DNA of 11,293 nucleotides from a virus. Its lineage: Duplodnaviria; Heunggongvirae; Uroviricota; Caudoviricetes. Below are positions 1 to 8,144 of the stretch, piece after piece. The stretch lies in IMG/VR virus record IMGVR_UViG_2703718818_000011, one strand, 5' to 3'. The position numbers and the translations under genes are program-made. The notes beneath the pieces were generated by a model. The model was not told the origin of the DNA and did not search any database. It worked only from the letters and a program-made list of their open reading frames with translations. How positions within the stretch are numbered: position 1 is the first letter of the stretch; each line of letters starts with the position of its first letter.

Positions 1-653
1 GTGTTGGTGCGCACCGGCACTATTTGCGGTCCCGCTAATACTATGGGTATGCGCCCCGGTGTTATTCGTGGATTTGGTTCCGTAATCAAACGACGATGTG
101 GTTTTCGTCCCCAAATCCGTACTGGATGCGCTGGCGCTGTGGGTGTGCGATTTAATGCCGTCCTGTTCCTGAGACAATACGGCCCGACCACTGGCAGGTT
201 TGCCCTTAATCGTCCAGCCACGCATATCAGGGATCACGCCTGACGGATAAGCGGCTGCAAGTTTCGGGTAAGCAGATTTGTCAAAAGTCTGCCCCTGCAT
301 CAGGGCATAACCAGACGGAACGGTATCTGATGGCCACGGGATTGGTGCGCCGACTGGGTAGCTTTCTGGTGGAAGATTTTTCGAGGTATAAACTTCTGCC
401 CAGCCTTCCTCAAAACCATAACCGTCTCTTGAAGAACGGTAGAACAGACCACCATTTCTGTAATGCGCCTTCATCTGCAGGGTCCGGCAACTTCCGACTC
501 CGGTATAGAAGTTAACCAGAATATAGCTGTCGCCAGAGCGGGTGACATTGTAAGCGCCTGATTCGGCATTCCAGGGAACGCCACCATCCGCATCGGCATA
601 TGTATCCGTTGCCCTTCTGGCAAAAGCAGCCACATGCGCGGCGGTTAAAGTAA

Positions 654-849
654 TATCTTTGGAACCATCAAATGGAACACCGGATATTTTTCTTGCAGTC
701 TGGAGTTTTGTAGCAGTTGCAGCATTACCAGTGGTGTTCTGATTACCCGTAGTGTTTACACCTGGAAGGTTAATATTTGCAGAACCGTCGAAAACAACTC
801 CACCGATAGATCTTGCCGTCTGCAATTTCGTGGCTGTACTTGCATTACC
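654..849 (-). repeat. Imperfect tandem duplication inside stf, two ~75-bp copies about 118 bp apart, encoding a repeated ~25-aa fibre motif (..[21 protein letters not shown])
   Basis: Copy at ~654-729 (…ttttgtagcagttgcagcattacc) and copy at ~772-849 (…tttcgtggctgtacttgcattacc) are visibly similar on the plus strand; both translate on the minus strand to near-identical peptide motifs. Confidence 0.55.
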
Positions 850-1539
850 ATTCAATGAACCAGTTAATCCACCTGTAACAGACAACGGACCTGAAACTGT
901 TCCTCCGGTTGTTGGCAGTGCTCCAATATCTGATGGTGTAGGTTTCTGATGTGAGCTATACATCGTATAAACAACACCATAGGTAACGCTGGAAGGCTTA
1001 CTCGCTGAATATGTTGGCGAGGTATAAACAGAAACTGACGCATTTGCAGTACAATCCCAATGGATATTTACACTCGTCGCATAATTGCCAATCTCAACGT
1101 AAATATCATATGTATCGCCGGATGTGTTGATCCAGGCGAAATTCGTTAATCCGACGGCTGTACGCTTCCACAAAGCCCCGGTAATTCCTTTGGGGTTTCC
1201 ATTGCCTGCTCGTAGAACCAGTTCTGAAATGCCTGCCTGATGTGGGGAACCGACGTTGTAACCAGCGCCACCAATCAATGCGATGTAAACGATGGAACTC
1301 GCTTGTGGCATGGTAACCGTAGCCAGTTTGAACCACCCAGCCCCGCCAGAGAAAGACATCGTTACTGAATTTAAAGTACCAATATCTTTCGGCGTTAATG
1401 TTATATCCGCAGTCAGTGCTTTTCCGTTAACTTTTCGGTTAGATGGCACCCTGCTATTCGCATTGTCATTGGCTGCTTTAACTGCTTTTGGCGTTGCGGC
1501 CAGCGATTCACTGGTGCTATCAACAGCACTGCTAAGTTT

Positions 1540-2480
1540 CACAACACCTTTAGTTGTAAGGCTTGCGTCTTCCATCGCAACTGCACCGGCAATCTCTTCA
1601 GCACGATCAGCAGCAGCTTCCGCACGGGTCGCAGCGGATTCAGCAGTAGTTTTGCTCTGAGATGCCGCCGTCGCACTGCCAGCTGCCTCTGTCGCCTTCG
1701 TGGATGCTGTCGTGGCGCTGCCTTTCGCTGCTGATGCCTGTCTGCTCGCCTCATCTTTTGAAGCAGACGCAGATGATGCCGATGACGCCGCCGAACTGGC
1801 GGACGATGCAGCTGCCATTTTTGAGGATTCTGCACTGGTTTCCGAGGCTTTCGCGTTCGTTTCGGATGTCTTCGCTGCGGATGCAGACCTCGCTGCTGCG
1901 CTGGCCTGTTCAGCGGCTTCGCCAGCCTTCGTTGTGGCTGTTGAAGCAGACGATGCGGCGCTTTCTGCCGATTTTCCGGCGGCGGTGGCACTGGCTGAGG
2001 CCTGCCCGGCACTTGTTGACGCGGCACTGGCAGACGACGCAGCCGCTGTTTTTGAGCCTGCCGCAGCCGAGGCGCTCTGTCCCGCTGCCGTTTCAGAAGA
2101 CCTGGCGTTTGTCTCAGACGTCTTTGCCGCCTTCGCGGAATTGCCTGCCGCCGTTGCCGAGGAAGCGGCACTACTGGCGCTTGATGATGCGTTCGTTTCT
2201 GATGATTTCGCTGCCTCTTTTGAGGCCGCCGCATCCCGGGCTGAGGTGGCTGCTTCTGACGCCTTCGTGGTCGCGGCGGATGCAGAAGTGGCTGCTGATT
2301 GTTGTGACGCTGCCGCATTCGTTTCTGACGTTTTCGCCGCACCGGCACTGGTAGCTGCCGCGCTTTTTGAGGACTCTGCAGCAGCAGCACTTTTTGCTGC
2401 TTCACGGGCCTTTGTCGATGCCGTTCCTGCGCTGGAAGACGCTGACTGAGCCGACGACGCGGCCTGTCCGGCTGACGTGC
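1540..2480 (-). repeat. Low-complexity Ala/Ser/Thr-rich repeat region of the tail fibre shaft, with a 9-aa motif AAK(T/S)SETNA recurring four times
   Basis: The 26-nt units gcgttcgtttcggatgtcttcgctgc (~1853), gcgtttgtctcagacgtctttgccgc (~2105), gcgttcgtttctgatgatttcgctgc (~2189) and gcattcgtttctgacgttttcgccgc (~2315) are all reverse complements of AAK(T/S)SETNA codons. This strong compositional bias produces long spurious ORFs in several frames. Confidence 0.6.
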
Positions 2481-3372
2481 TGGCGGCACGTGCTGAGCCT
2501 GCAGCATCGGTTATTACCACTTCCCGGATCGCTATACGCTATTCCGTTAAAGATAATGGGCGGAATAATGATTTGACGGTCAAAGTTATGATCATCGCTG
2601 ATGGTGACTGTAACCGTCCCGTTTGGTGTTTCCGTATTACCCCACGTACCAGCCTGTTTCGGGAATGATTTGGATACAGCTTTAACGAAGTCACCTCTGA
2701 CCTGAGTCGCCTCCAGCATGCCCTTAATCGTACAGTTTTCATTTACCGTGACATTGTTGAGCGTCCCGGCGTTCGCATTCACACTGCCACTGATATCCGC
2801 ATTTTTAGCGGTCAGCTTTCCGTCCGGTGTCAGGGAAAATGCCGGTGGATTTCCACCGCTGGTAATGGTGGGGGCCGTCAGGCGTTTCAGGAACACGTCG
2901 TTCATGAATATCTGATCGCCCTGACCAACAAACATCGGTTTTGTGTTGCCATTCGCAGGATTAACCATCGCAATCCTGTCCGCCGCCAGCAGCACCTGAC
3001 TCTGCATGCCGTCAGGGGTGTTCTCAATATCCACGATGGCCTCTTTTTCCGGTACATGCTGCACGGCGGTGATGGCATACGTGCCGTCGTCGTTCTCACG
3101 GATACTCACGCAGCGGAACAGGCGCTGGCGCAACGTCGGCAGCTTCAGCCCCCATACGCTGTATTCAGCAACGCCGTCAGGAACACGGCTCACTTTCACC
3201 TTCACGCCGTCGGTGACGGACTGAACCTCCACGCTGACCGGACTCCCCTGCCCGTCAACCAGGCTTATCAGCGTGGTGCCGGAAGATGGCAGCGTGATTT
3301 CACGGTCGAGCGTCAGCGTCCGGGTCTGGCTGTTTACCGCCAGCACGCGCCCGCCGGTGCGGATACCCAAGC
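2402..3372 (-). pseudogene. J: Internal/C-proximal fragment of host-specificity (central tail fibre) protein J, with no native start and reading out of frame into stf
   Basis: The ORF translation [113 protein letters not shown] ... [63 protein letters not shown] is near-identical to two blocks of the second half of lambda J as remembered. The 'start' at 3370 is a TTG inside the J frame; the ORF ends ...[15 protein letters not shown]...KGP in the wrong frame of the stf Ala-rich region. Confidence 0.8.
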
Positions 3373-3588
3373 TGGAGTGGCGAACGTTTTACCCTTGCTG
3401 ATGAGGTATTCACTGATTTCGCTGTACCACATGTGGCTGAGTGCATTCTGGGAAAGACTGCGTCTCTCGCGCCACGGTTTAAGCACCATGCGAAAGCATT
3501 TGCCGTCCTCCAGATAAGGCTGGATCTGCCGACCGATAGCGGTGAAGTTACCGCGATGCAATTTGATACCATCTTGTGGGAGGTTCAC
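3363..3588 (-). pseudogene. ninB: N-terminal fragment (~75 codons) of a NinB/YbcN-family protein, truncated at a deletion junction with J'
   Basis: Translation [75 protein letters not shown] carries the RSL-x-QN motif remembered from lambda NinB (..ERNRSLDQNRKLWACLGDVS..). The start is GTG at 3588. After ..TPAWV the frame reads a few junk codons (SAPAGACWR) and stops, while J homology begins in another frame at the same position. Confidence 0.5.
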
Positions 3589-3782
3589 GCTTCACCTCCG
3601 CAGAGATCAAACGCTGGATGCAAAATATCGCAGGTGCATTTCTGCATCTGTGAATGGAGAAGAGAGGTTGGATTGTATGTGCGCATAAACGTCCCCGTTT
3701 AGCGCAGAAGTCACCGGAGTTGTTCAGGCCCCAATGGCATGATTATGGCTGGTTGATTATTGGAAATCAAATGTGCTGAAAA

Positions 3783-4292
3783 TTAGTCTGCCAAGTCTTC
3801 CTCAGTCGCAACTGGGTAATTCCAAATATCAAAAAAAGCTATAGCCTCCTGCCATTTGCTCCATAAGTTATCAAGTACTTGTGTAGGTTCCGTACTTTTA
3901 AAAACAGAATCAGCCGCATCACCGTTATGAACTTCCTCGTACAGTTCCATTATTAGCAGATTAACAAAGTACTGTTTCAACATTAATGCCTGATTACCTT
4001 CTTTCTGCTGGCTATCCTGCTTGATGATCTCCATCGCCCGTACTAGGCACCTGATGATATCCGCTGCATCATTAACGCTCCATTCAGATCCGCGCTTATC
4101 TTTAGCTGATGAATTGGCTCTCTCAGCGCAAGCCTTTAAAGACTCATAAAGGTAAACTCTATTTTGTAGCTGCAGCGCTTTTTTTGACGTGTACCAACTT
4201 GCAAGCGCCGACCCCGCTGCGGCTAATGTGCCAAACGCAGAAATACCTGCTGCTATTGCACTTAAGTCGGCACTGTCAAAGTTCCACATCAT
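3783..4292 (-). CDS. Hypothetical protein, 169 aa, with a predicted single N-terminal transmembrane helix followed by a soluble, charged, helical-looking domain; function unknown
   Basis: Complete ORF with ATG start and an AAGGTG Shine-Dalgarno about 7 nt upstream. Residues ~10-33 (LSAIAAGISAFGTLAAAGSALASWY) are hydrophobic. The gene is AT-rich relative to the phage backbone, has its own upstream region after a terminator, and does not match any protein I recognise. Confidence 0.55.
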   Translation of the reverse strand: MMWNFDSADLSAIAAGISAFGTLAAAGSALASWYTSKKALQLQNRVYLYESLKACAERANSSAKDKRGSEWSVNDAADIIRCLVRAMEIIKQDSQQKEGNQALMLKQYFVNLLIMELYEEVHNGDAADSVFKSTEPTQVLDNLWSKWQEAIAFFDIWNYPVATEEDLAD

Positions 4293-4321
4293 CGTTACAC
4301 CTTATATAAATACCCCTCAGT

Positions 4322-4350
4322 AATATCCAATAAGGTATGTGCACAATCAA
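4322..4350 (-). promoter_or_regulatory. Candidate sigma70-type promoter for the 169-aa gene (minus-strand -35 TTGATT, 17-nt spacer, -10 GATATT)
   Basis: Minus-strand sequence reads TTGATTgtgcacataccttattgGATATTactgaggggtatttatatAAGGTGtaacgATG. Hexamer match only; not validated. Confidence 0.25.
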
Positions 4351-4468
4351 TATAATTTTATCCGTATCGGCACATAGCGATTTGAACGCTACTGGTAATG
4401 GTATATTTTAGATTATATCGTCCAGTTTACAGCACCCGTATTTTATGAAATGGACTCGCATATTACCC

Positions 4469-4507
4469 AAAAAATGCCAGCACTTCCGTCATCGTAGAAT
4501 GCTGGCA
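4469..4507 (-). terminator. Rho-independent terminator on the minus strand downstream of the 99-aa ORF (end of the ybcK-side transcript)
   Basis: Inverted repeat tgccagca (4475-4482) / tgctggca (4500-4507) with a 17-nt loop, followed on the minus strand by a run of six T (plus-strand A-run 4469-4474). Confidence 0.5.
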
Positions 4508-4550
4508 GTATTTCTAACTAGTGACTTTATTGGAACAGATTCTGACGGAA

Positions 4551-4850
4551 TTATGGTAACACTCGACTCCACTTATCATCCAGCCACGGCTGGAATTTTA
4601 CATGTGCCGTTTCTCTGGCGAGGATTGCTCGCGCTCTGTTGAGTATCTGGGGATATTCTTGCTCGATAGAAGTAAAGCGGCCGGCTTCGCGGTGCTCCGC
4701 AACCTGAAGTAGTGGAGTAACGTTCTGGCAGGCAGTTAACATCACATCACCTGCTCGCCATAACCAAGCACGTGCACAAAGTTTGTTATCAGTGAATTGT
4801 TTTGTGATTGGGTATTGTTGAACTGCTAGAACGAGAACGCCAGCATCCAT
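4551..4850 (-). CDS. Hypothetical protein, 99 aa, unknown function; possibly co-transcribed with ybcK
   Basis: Complete ATG-initiated ORF 111 bp downstream of ybcK on the same strand, followed by the terminator at 4469-4507. GC content is closer to the host/phage backbone than to ybcK. No recognisable motif and only a weak ribosome-binding site, so it may be a gene fragment. Confidence 0.4.
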   Translation of the reverse strand: MDAGVLVLAVQQYPITKQFTDNKLCARAWLWRAGDVMLTACQNVTPLLQVAEHREAGRFTSIEQEYPQILNRARAILARETAHVKFQPWLDDKWSRVLP

Positions 4851-4961
4851 TGGCAGTCCCTATAGTAAAACCATAGCTCAGGACGCTTCGTTCAGGATAG
4901 ATAATTTTATTGTACTTACCTAACTTTCTTACTATAGCACGGTTGAAAAAGTGATTATTAC

Positions 4962-6488
4962 TCAAAAATAAACCTCACCATCAACCATATATTTGAGAGT
5001 ACTTATCGCCTGCTGGGCGGATATTGTTTTCATTAAAGGATAGTGTTTAAAAACAATGCCATTCATAAAATAGATATCACAGGTTTTATTATCTGTATTG
5101 ATTATGATTTTTTCGAATGTTTTATAGGCAAGTGTACGACATAGCTCTCGCCCATTTTTACTGGTTAAGTCAATAGCATGAAAATCACCAAGTGAACTCA
5201 CCGCTTTACTCTTCAAAGTTTTTAATGATACAGAAGCCCTTCGTAATTCCTTATCTAATACTCTGATTTTTTCTGCTATAGCGGTAACTTCAGGCGCAAC
5301 AGATAATGCAGCAATTAAATTATTAATTTTCATCTGGAGCTCAATAATTTTCAACTCTAAAGTTTCATTAGCATCTTTCTTGTTTTCAACTGGTTGGATT
5401 TTACTACAATTAAAAAGCAACTCATTAATGATATTATAATCAACCAAATCTCTCTTTATTGATGGCCTGTCACATCGATGCAGTCTTCTCATCGGACAAA
5501 CATAATAGCCATGCAAACTTCCAGATACCGCATGAACAATCATGGTATTACCACAAGCCTCGCACTTCATAACTGTTCGAAGTAGATTTATCAACATAGG
5601 ATTTTTGCTACTATTGCTAATACCAAAAGGTGCCAACCGAATTTCCTGCACAGCGTAAAACAAATCATCTGATATGACTCTGGGATAATAGCCAGCGATT
5701 TCACTTATTCCTTTACCTCTTGCACGATATGAAGGTACGCATATACCTATCAGAGCTTTATTCGCTAATAATTTTTCAATTACAGAAGGTCCCCATGCAC
5801 TTTCTTTTCCTGAGAAATTCTTTACAGCATGATCATTTAAATACTTGGCTATTGCATTCAATGAGCGCCTTTCCATCCTGAGTTTAAAAATTAGCTCAAT
5901 AGTTTTCACCCTGTCGGGGTCTGGAACAAAAGCCGTTCTTTTGTCATCCAATGAGAGCCATCTCGGACAAGACGCCGTCATAATCGTGCCTGACTCCAGT
6001 GCATCCTGCCGTTTTTTCTTCCATGATAATTTAACCCGACTTGACTTTATCTCGCTTTCTTCATTTGCCCTTTGTGCTATAAGTATGGCTTTTATTAATG
6101 AATATGGCTCATTCAATGAGTCAATATTATAGACTGTATTATCGCAAAGAGTTATAACATCAATACCGTGATTCAAAATCAATTTCAGACGCTCAATCGC
6201 CTCACCGACTTTTTCTCTTGAAAGTCTGTCCAGACTTTCAACTAACAATGTAGTCCCTGGCAATATATAACCATGTTCTATAGCATCTAAAAATTCCGAA
6301 AAAGCTCCTGATTGTGCATGCTTTCCATTGAATGCGCTTAACCCCAAATCTTCATACGTTACGGTATCAAGGTAATAATCACTATTTACCTTTAGCCATT
6401 CAGTAATAAGCCTTCTCTGGCGGTTTAATGAATCACCAGACATCTGACTTGGTGATGAAAATCGCATATATGCTATGGCTTTTTTCAT
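4962..6488 (-). CDS. ybcK: Large serine recombinase (resolvase/invertase-type catalytic domain, recombinase domain, Cys-rich zinc-ribbon-like segment), YbcK-like
   Basis: 508-aa ORF. The N-terminus AIAYMRFSSPSQ carries the serine-recombinase catalytic serine motif, with ..LVESLDRLSR.. following. A Cys cluster (CEACGNTMIVH...YYVCPMRRLHRCD) lies in the C-terminal half. Length and position next to emrE match K-12 DLP12 YbcK as remembered. The gene is strongly AT-rich, with an AT-rich 255-bp upstream region. Confidence 0.85.
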   Translation of the reverse strand: MKKAIAYMRFSSPSQMSGDSLNRQRRLITEWLKVNSDYYLDTVTYEDLGLSAFNGKHAQSGAFSEFLDAIEHGYILPGTTLLVESLDRLSREKVGEAIERLKLILNHGIDVITLCDNTVYNIDSLNEPYSLIKAILIAQRANEESEIKSSRVKLSWKKKRQDALESGTIMTASCPRWLSLDDKRTAFVPDPDRVKTIELIFKLRMERRSLNAIAKYLNDHAVKNFSGKESAWGPSVIEKLLANKALIGICVPSYRARGKGISEIAGYYPRVISDDLFYAVQEIRLAPFGISNSSKNPMLINLLRTVMKCEACGNTMIVHAVSGSLHGYYVCPMRRLHRCDRPSIKRDLVDYNIINELLFNCSKIQPVENKKDANETLELKIIELQMKINNLIAALSVAPEVTAIAEKIRVLDKELRRASVSLKTLKSKAVSSLGDFHAIDLTSKNGRELCRTLAYKTFEKIIINTDNKTCDIYFMNGIVFKHYPLMKTISAQQAISTLKYMVDGEVYF

Positions 6489-6743
6489 GGTGACACCTGC
6501 TAAAGTATGCTTTTATAAACCTTAGTGGTGAGATATGATTTTTGTTTAATTTTTATTTAAAAAGACAATTAAGGTCACATTATCTTGAATATACAACAAT
6601 AATCGTATTGCAATTTTCTTACACCATAATCTTGAAAGCACAAAAGAATGAATAAAAACTAAAGACATTAACAAAAAGCATAAAACGAGGCCCATATAAA
6701 TATACGAGCCTCCATATTTTAGTCGTTTAAAAACAAATTATTT

Positions 6744-7076
6744 TTAATGTGGTGTGCTTCGTGACAATAAATTAATAACCAACACACCGGCACAAATCAA
6801 CATCATGCCTATAATGGCTGGCAGGTCCAACCGTTGGCCGAAAAATCCCCATGATAGTAAGCTAATCAGGACAATACCGACTCCTGACCAGATAGCATAA
6901 GCAATCCCTGTAGGAATATAAGCCAGCGTCTGAGCTAATAACCAGAATGATGCACAATAACAAATAATTGTACCAACAGATGGCCATAACCGTGTAAAAC
7001 CTTCTGAAAACTTCATTAAGGTTGTACCAATGACCTCTGCAAGTATTGCACCACCAAGATAAATATAAGGATTCAT
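6744..7076 (-). CDS. emrE: Small multidrug resistance (SMR) family efflux transporter EmrE, 110 aa
   Basis: Translation MNPYIYLGGAILAEVIGTTLMKFSEGFTRLWPSVGTIICYCASFWLLAQTLAYIPTGIAYAIWSGVGIVLISLLSWGFFGQRLDLPAIIGMMLICAGVLVINLLSRSTPH matches E. coli EmrE essentially residue for residue as remembered. The true start is the ATG at 7076 with an AGGAAAG ribosome-binding site; the 128-aa track ORF starts at an upstream in-frame ATG. Confidence 0.95.
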   Translation of the reverse strand: MNPYIYLGGAILAEVIGTTLMKFSEGFTRLWPSVGTIICYCASFWLLAQTLAYIPTGIAYAIWSGVGIVLISLLSWGFFGQRLDLPAIIGMMLICAGVLVINLLSRSTPH

Positions 7077-7091
7077 AGCATATTCTTTCCT

Positions 7092-7126
7092 GTTCAAACT
7101 GGAGAGAATTGTACTACAGTTTGAAC
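7092..7126. promoter_or_regulatory. Perfect 10-bp inverted repeat (gttcaaactg / cagtttgaac, 15-nt spacer) between ren and emrE, directly upstream of the emrE ribosome-binding site
   Basis: Positions 7092-7101 and 7117-7126 are exact reverse complements. No T-run follows on the minus strand, so it is more likely an operator, RNA structure or module-boundary hairpin than a canonical terminator. Confidence 0.5.
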
Positions 7127-7143
7127 TCAACTCACCTGTTTCA

Positions 7144-7446
7144 TCATTGTGTACCCATTGATGTTCTTTTATATACCCTCAATACCCGTTTCATCGCGGC
7201 ACTCTGGCGACACTCCTTAAAAATCAAATTCGTGCTCACCTTTCCTTCCCATTCTTCTCTGGTAGCGAACCGATAATACACCGTTCGCCAGACCTTACCA
7301 TCAACGACTAGGATTCCTGCCCGCGCCATTTTAGCCGCAGCCTGATTTATGCTGGTTACCGTTGCGCCTGTTACCGCGGCAACGTCCTGCGCACAGAATT
7401 TCTTATGAGTCCCCAGGTAATGAATAATTGACTCTTTGCCCGTCAT
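7144..7446 (-). CDS. ren: Ren-like protein (lambda ren homologue), 100 aa
   Basis: Translation MTGKESIIHYLGTHKKFCAQDVAAVTGATVTSINQAAAKMARAGILVVDGKVWRTVYYRFATREEWEGKVSTNLIFKECRQSAAMKRVL... is very similar to lambda Ren as remembered. Its ATG overlaps the stop of P (ATGA), as in lambda. Confidence 0.85.
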   Translation of the reverse strand: MTGKESIIHYLGTHKKFCAQDVAAVTGATVTSINQAAAKMARAGILVVDGKVWRTVYYRFATREEWEGKVSTNLIFKECRQSAAMKRVLRVYKRTSMGTQ

Positions 7447-8144
7447 ACCCTTGCTCCTTTCAGCCCAAACTTAGCTTTGATTTCTGCGATCTTCGCCAGA
7501 GCCTGTGCACGATTTAGAGGTCTACCGCCCATGACAGGAAGTTGTTTTACTGGTTCAGGTATAGCCTCACCACGGTTAATTCGTGCGGTCATACAGGACA
7601 GTTCATCGGCAGCCTTGCGCCGTAATTCCGCGTCAGTCAACGCATTGGCCCGCATGTTCTGATACAGGTTGGTAACCAGCCAGTAGTGCGCGTTTGATTT
7701 CCACGGATAAGACTCTGCATCCGGATACAGCCCGCGCTTCCGGCAATACTCGTAAACCATATCAACCAGCTCGCTGGCGTTTGGCAGCCCGGCGGTAACG
7801 GATGCTTCTTCCCGGCACCAGGCGACAAACTGCCCGGGTGATGGCAGGAATGGTCGATTCTGCCGACGGGCTACGCGCATTCCAGCGTTAACCTGTTCCA
7901 TTGTGGTGATCCCGTTTTCCCGAAAAGCCAGCACCCACTGGCGGCGGATTTCGTTCAGTTCATTCTGGTCACGGTTAGCCAGGCTCGCCGGGAAAGTTGC
8001 CAGTAACTGGCTGAACACACCGTTGATGATCTGCGCTACCTGCTGTACCTGTGGCTTTTCGTCGTACTGTTCCGGCATGTTGTTGGCGATCCGACGCATC
8101 TGCTCACGGTCAAAGTTAACCATCTGTGCGGCGATGTTTTTCAT
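7443..8144 (-). CDS. P: Lambda-type replication protein P (DnaB helicase loader), full length, 233 aa
   Basis: Translation MKNIAAQMVNFDREQMRRIANNMPEQYDEKPQVQQVAQIINGVFSQLLATFPASLANRDQNELNEIRRQWVLAFRENGITTMEQVNAGMRVARRQNRPFLPSPGQFVAWCREEASVTAGLP... is near-identical to lambda P as remembered, with the same length. Confidence 0.9.
   Translation of the reverse strand: MKNIAAQMVNFDREQMRRIANNMPEQYDEKPQVQQVAQIINGVFSQLLATFPASLANRDQNELNEIRRQWVLAFRENGITTMEQVNAGMRVARRQNRPFLPSPGQFVAWCREEASVTAGLPNASELVDMVYEYCRKRGLYPDAESYPWKSNAHYWLVTNLYQNMRANALTDAELRRKAADELSCMTARINRGEAIPEPVKQLPVMGGRPLNRAQALAKIAEIKAKFGLKGARV

Larger units (their letters stand above)
1..2505 (-). pseudogene. stf: Side tail fibre protein (Stf-like) remnant: lacks the N-terminal ~130 codons and any start codon; the C-terminal end continues beyond the window start
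   Basis: Manual reverse-complement translation gives an Ala/Ser/Thr-rich region with repeated AAKTSETNA motifs, then ...[79 protein letters not shown]...[20 protein letters not shown]. This matches lambda Stf / K-12 StfR-type fibres as remembered. The frame was translated by hand and is not in the ORF track because it has no stop inside the window; hidden frameshifts are possible. Confidence 0.65.

Noticed and set aside
1-243. 80-aa plus-strand ORF starting at GTG at position 1
   Set aside because: It is antisense to the well-supported stf C-terminal coding sequence and starts at the window edge.
1662-2449. Plus-strand ORFs of 230 aa and 249 aa (the latter Ala/Asp-rich)
   Set aside because: They are antisense to the stf repeat region; low-complexity GC-rich repeats keep several frames open by chance.
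1539-2507. 322-aa Arg/Gln/Pro-rich ORF on the minus strand
   Set aside because: It is an alternative frame of the Ala/Ser-rich stf repeat region. The extreme composition and the overlap with the true stf frame indicate a wrong-frame artefact.
3056-3517. 153-aa plus-strand ORF
   Set aside because: It is antisense to the J fragment and the ninB'/J' junction and has no recognisable features.
5845-6132. 95-aa plus-strand ORF
   Set aside because: It is antisense within the AT-rich ybcK coding region, where stop-poor frames arise by chance.
6687-6712. Possible emrE terminator hairpin (gaggc / gcctc, 16-nt loop, T-rich tail on the minus strand)
   Set aside because: The stem is only 5 bp with a large loop in very AT-rich DNA, too weak to call from sequence alone.
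6744-7130. 128-aa extended version of EmrE
   Set aside because: Known EmrE is 110 aa and starts MNPYIYLGG; the internal ATG at 7076 has a proper ribosome-binding site. The upstream extension overlaps the inverted repeat and is not part of the protein.
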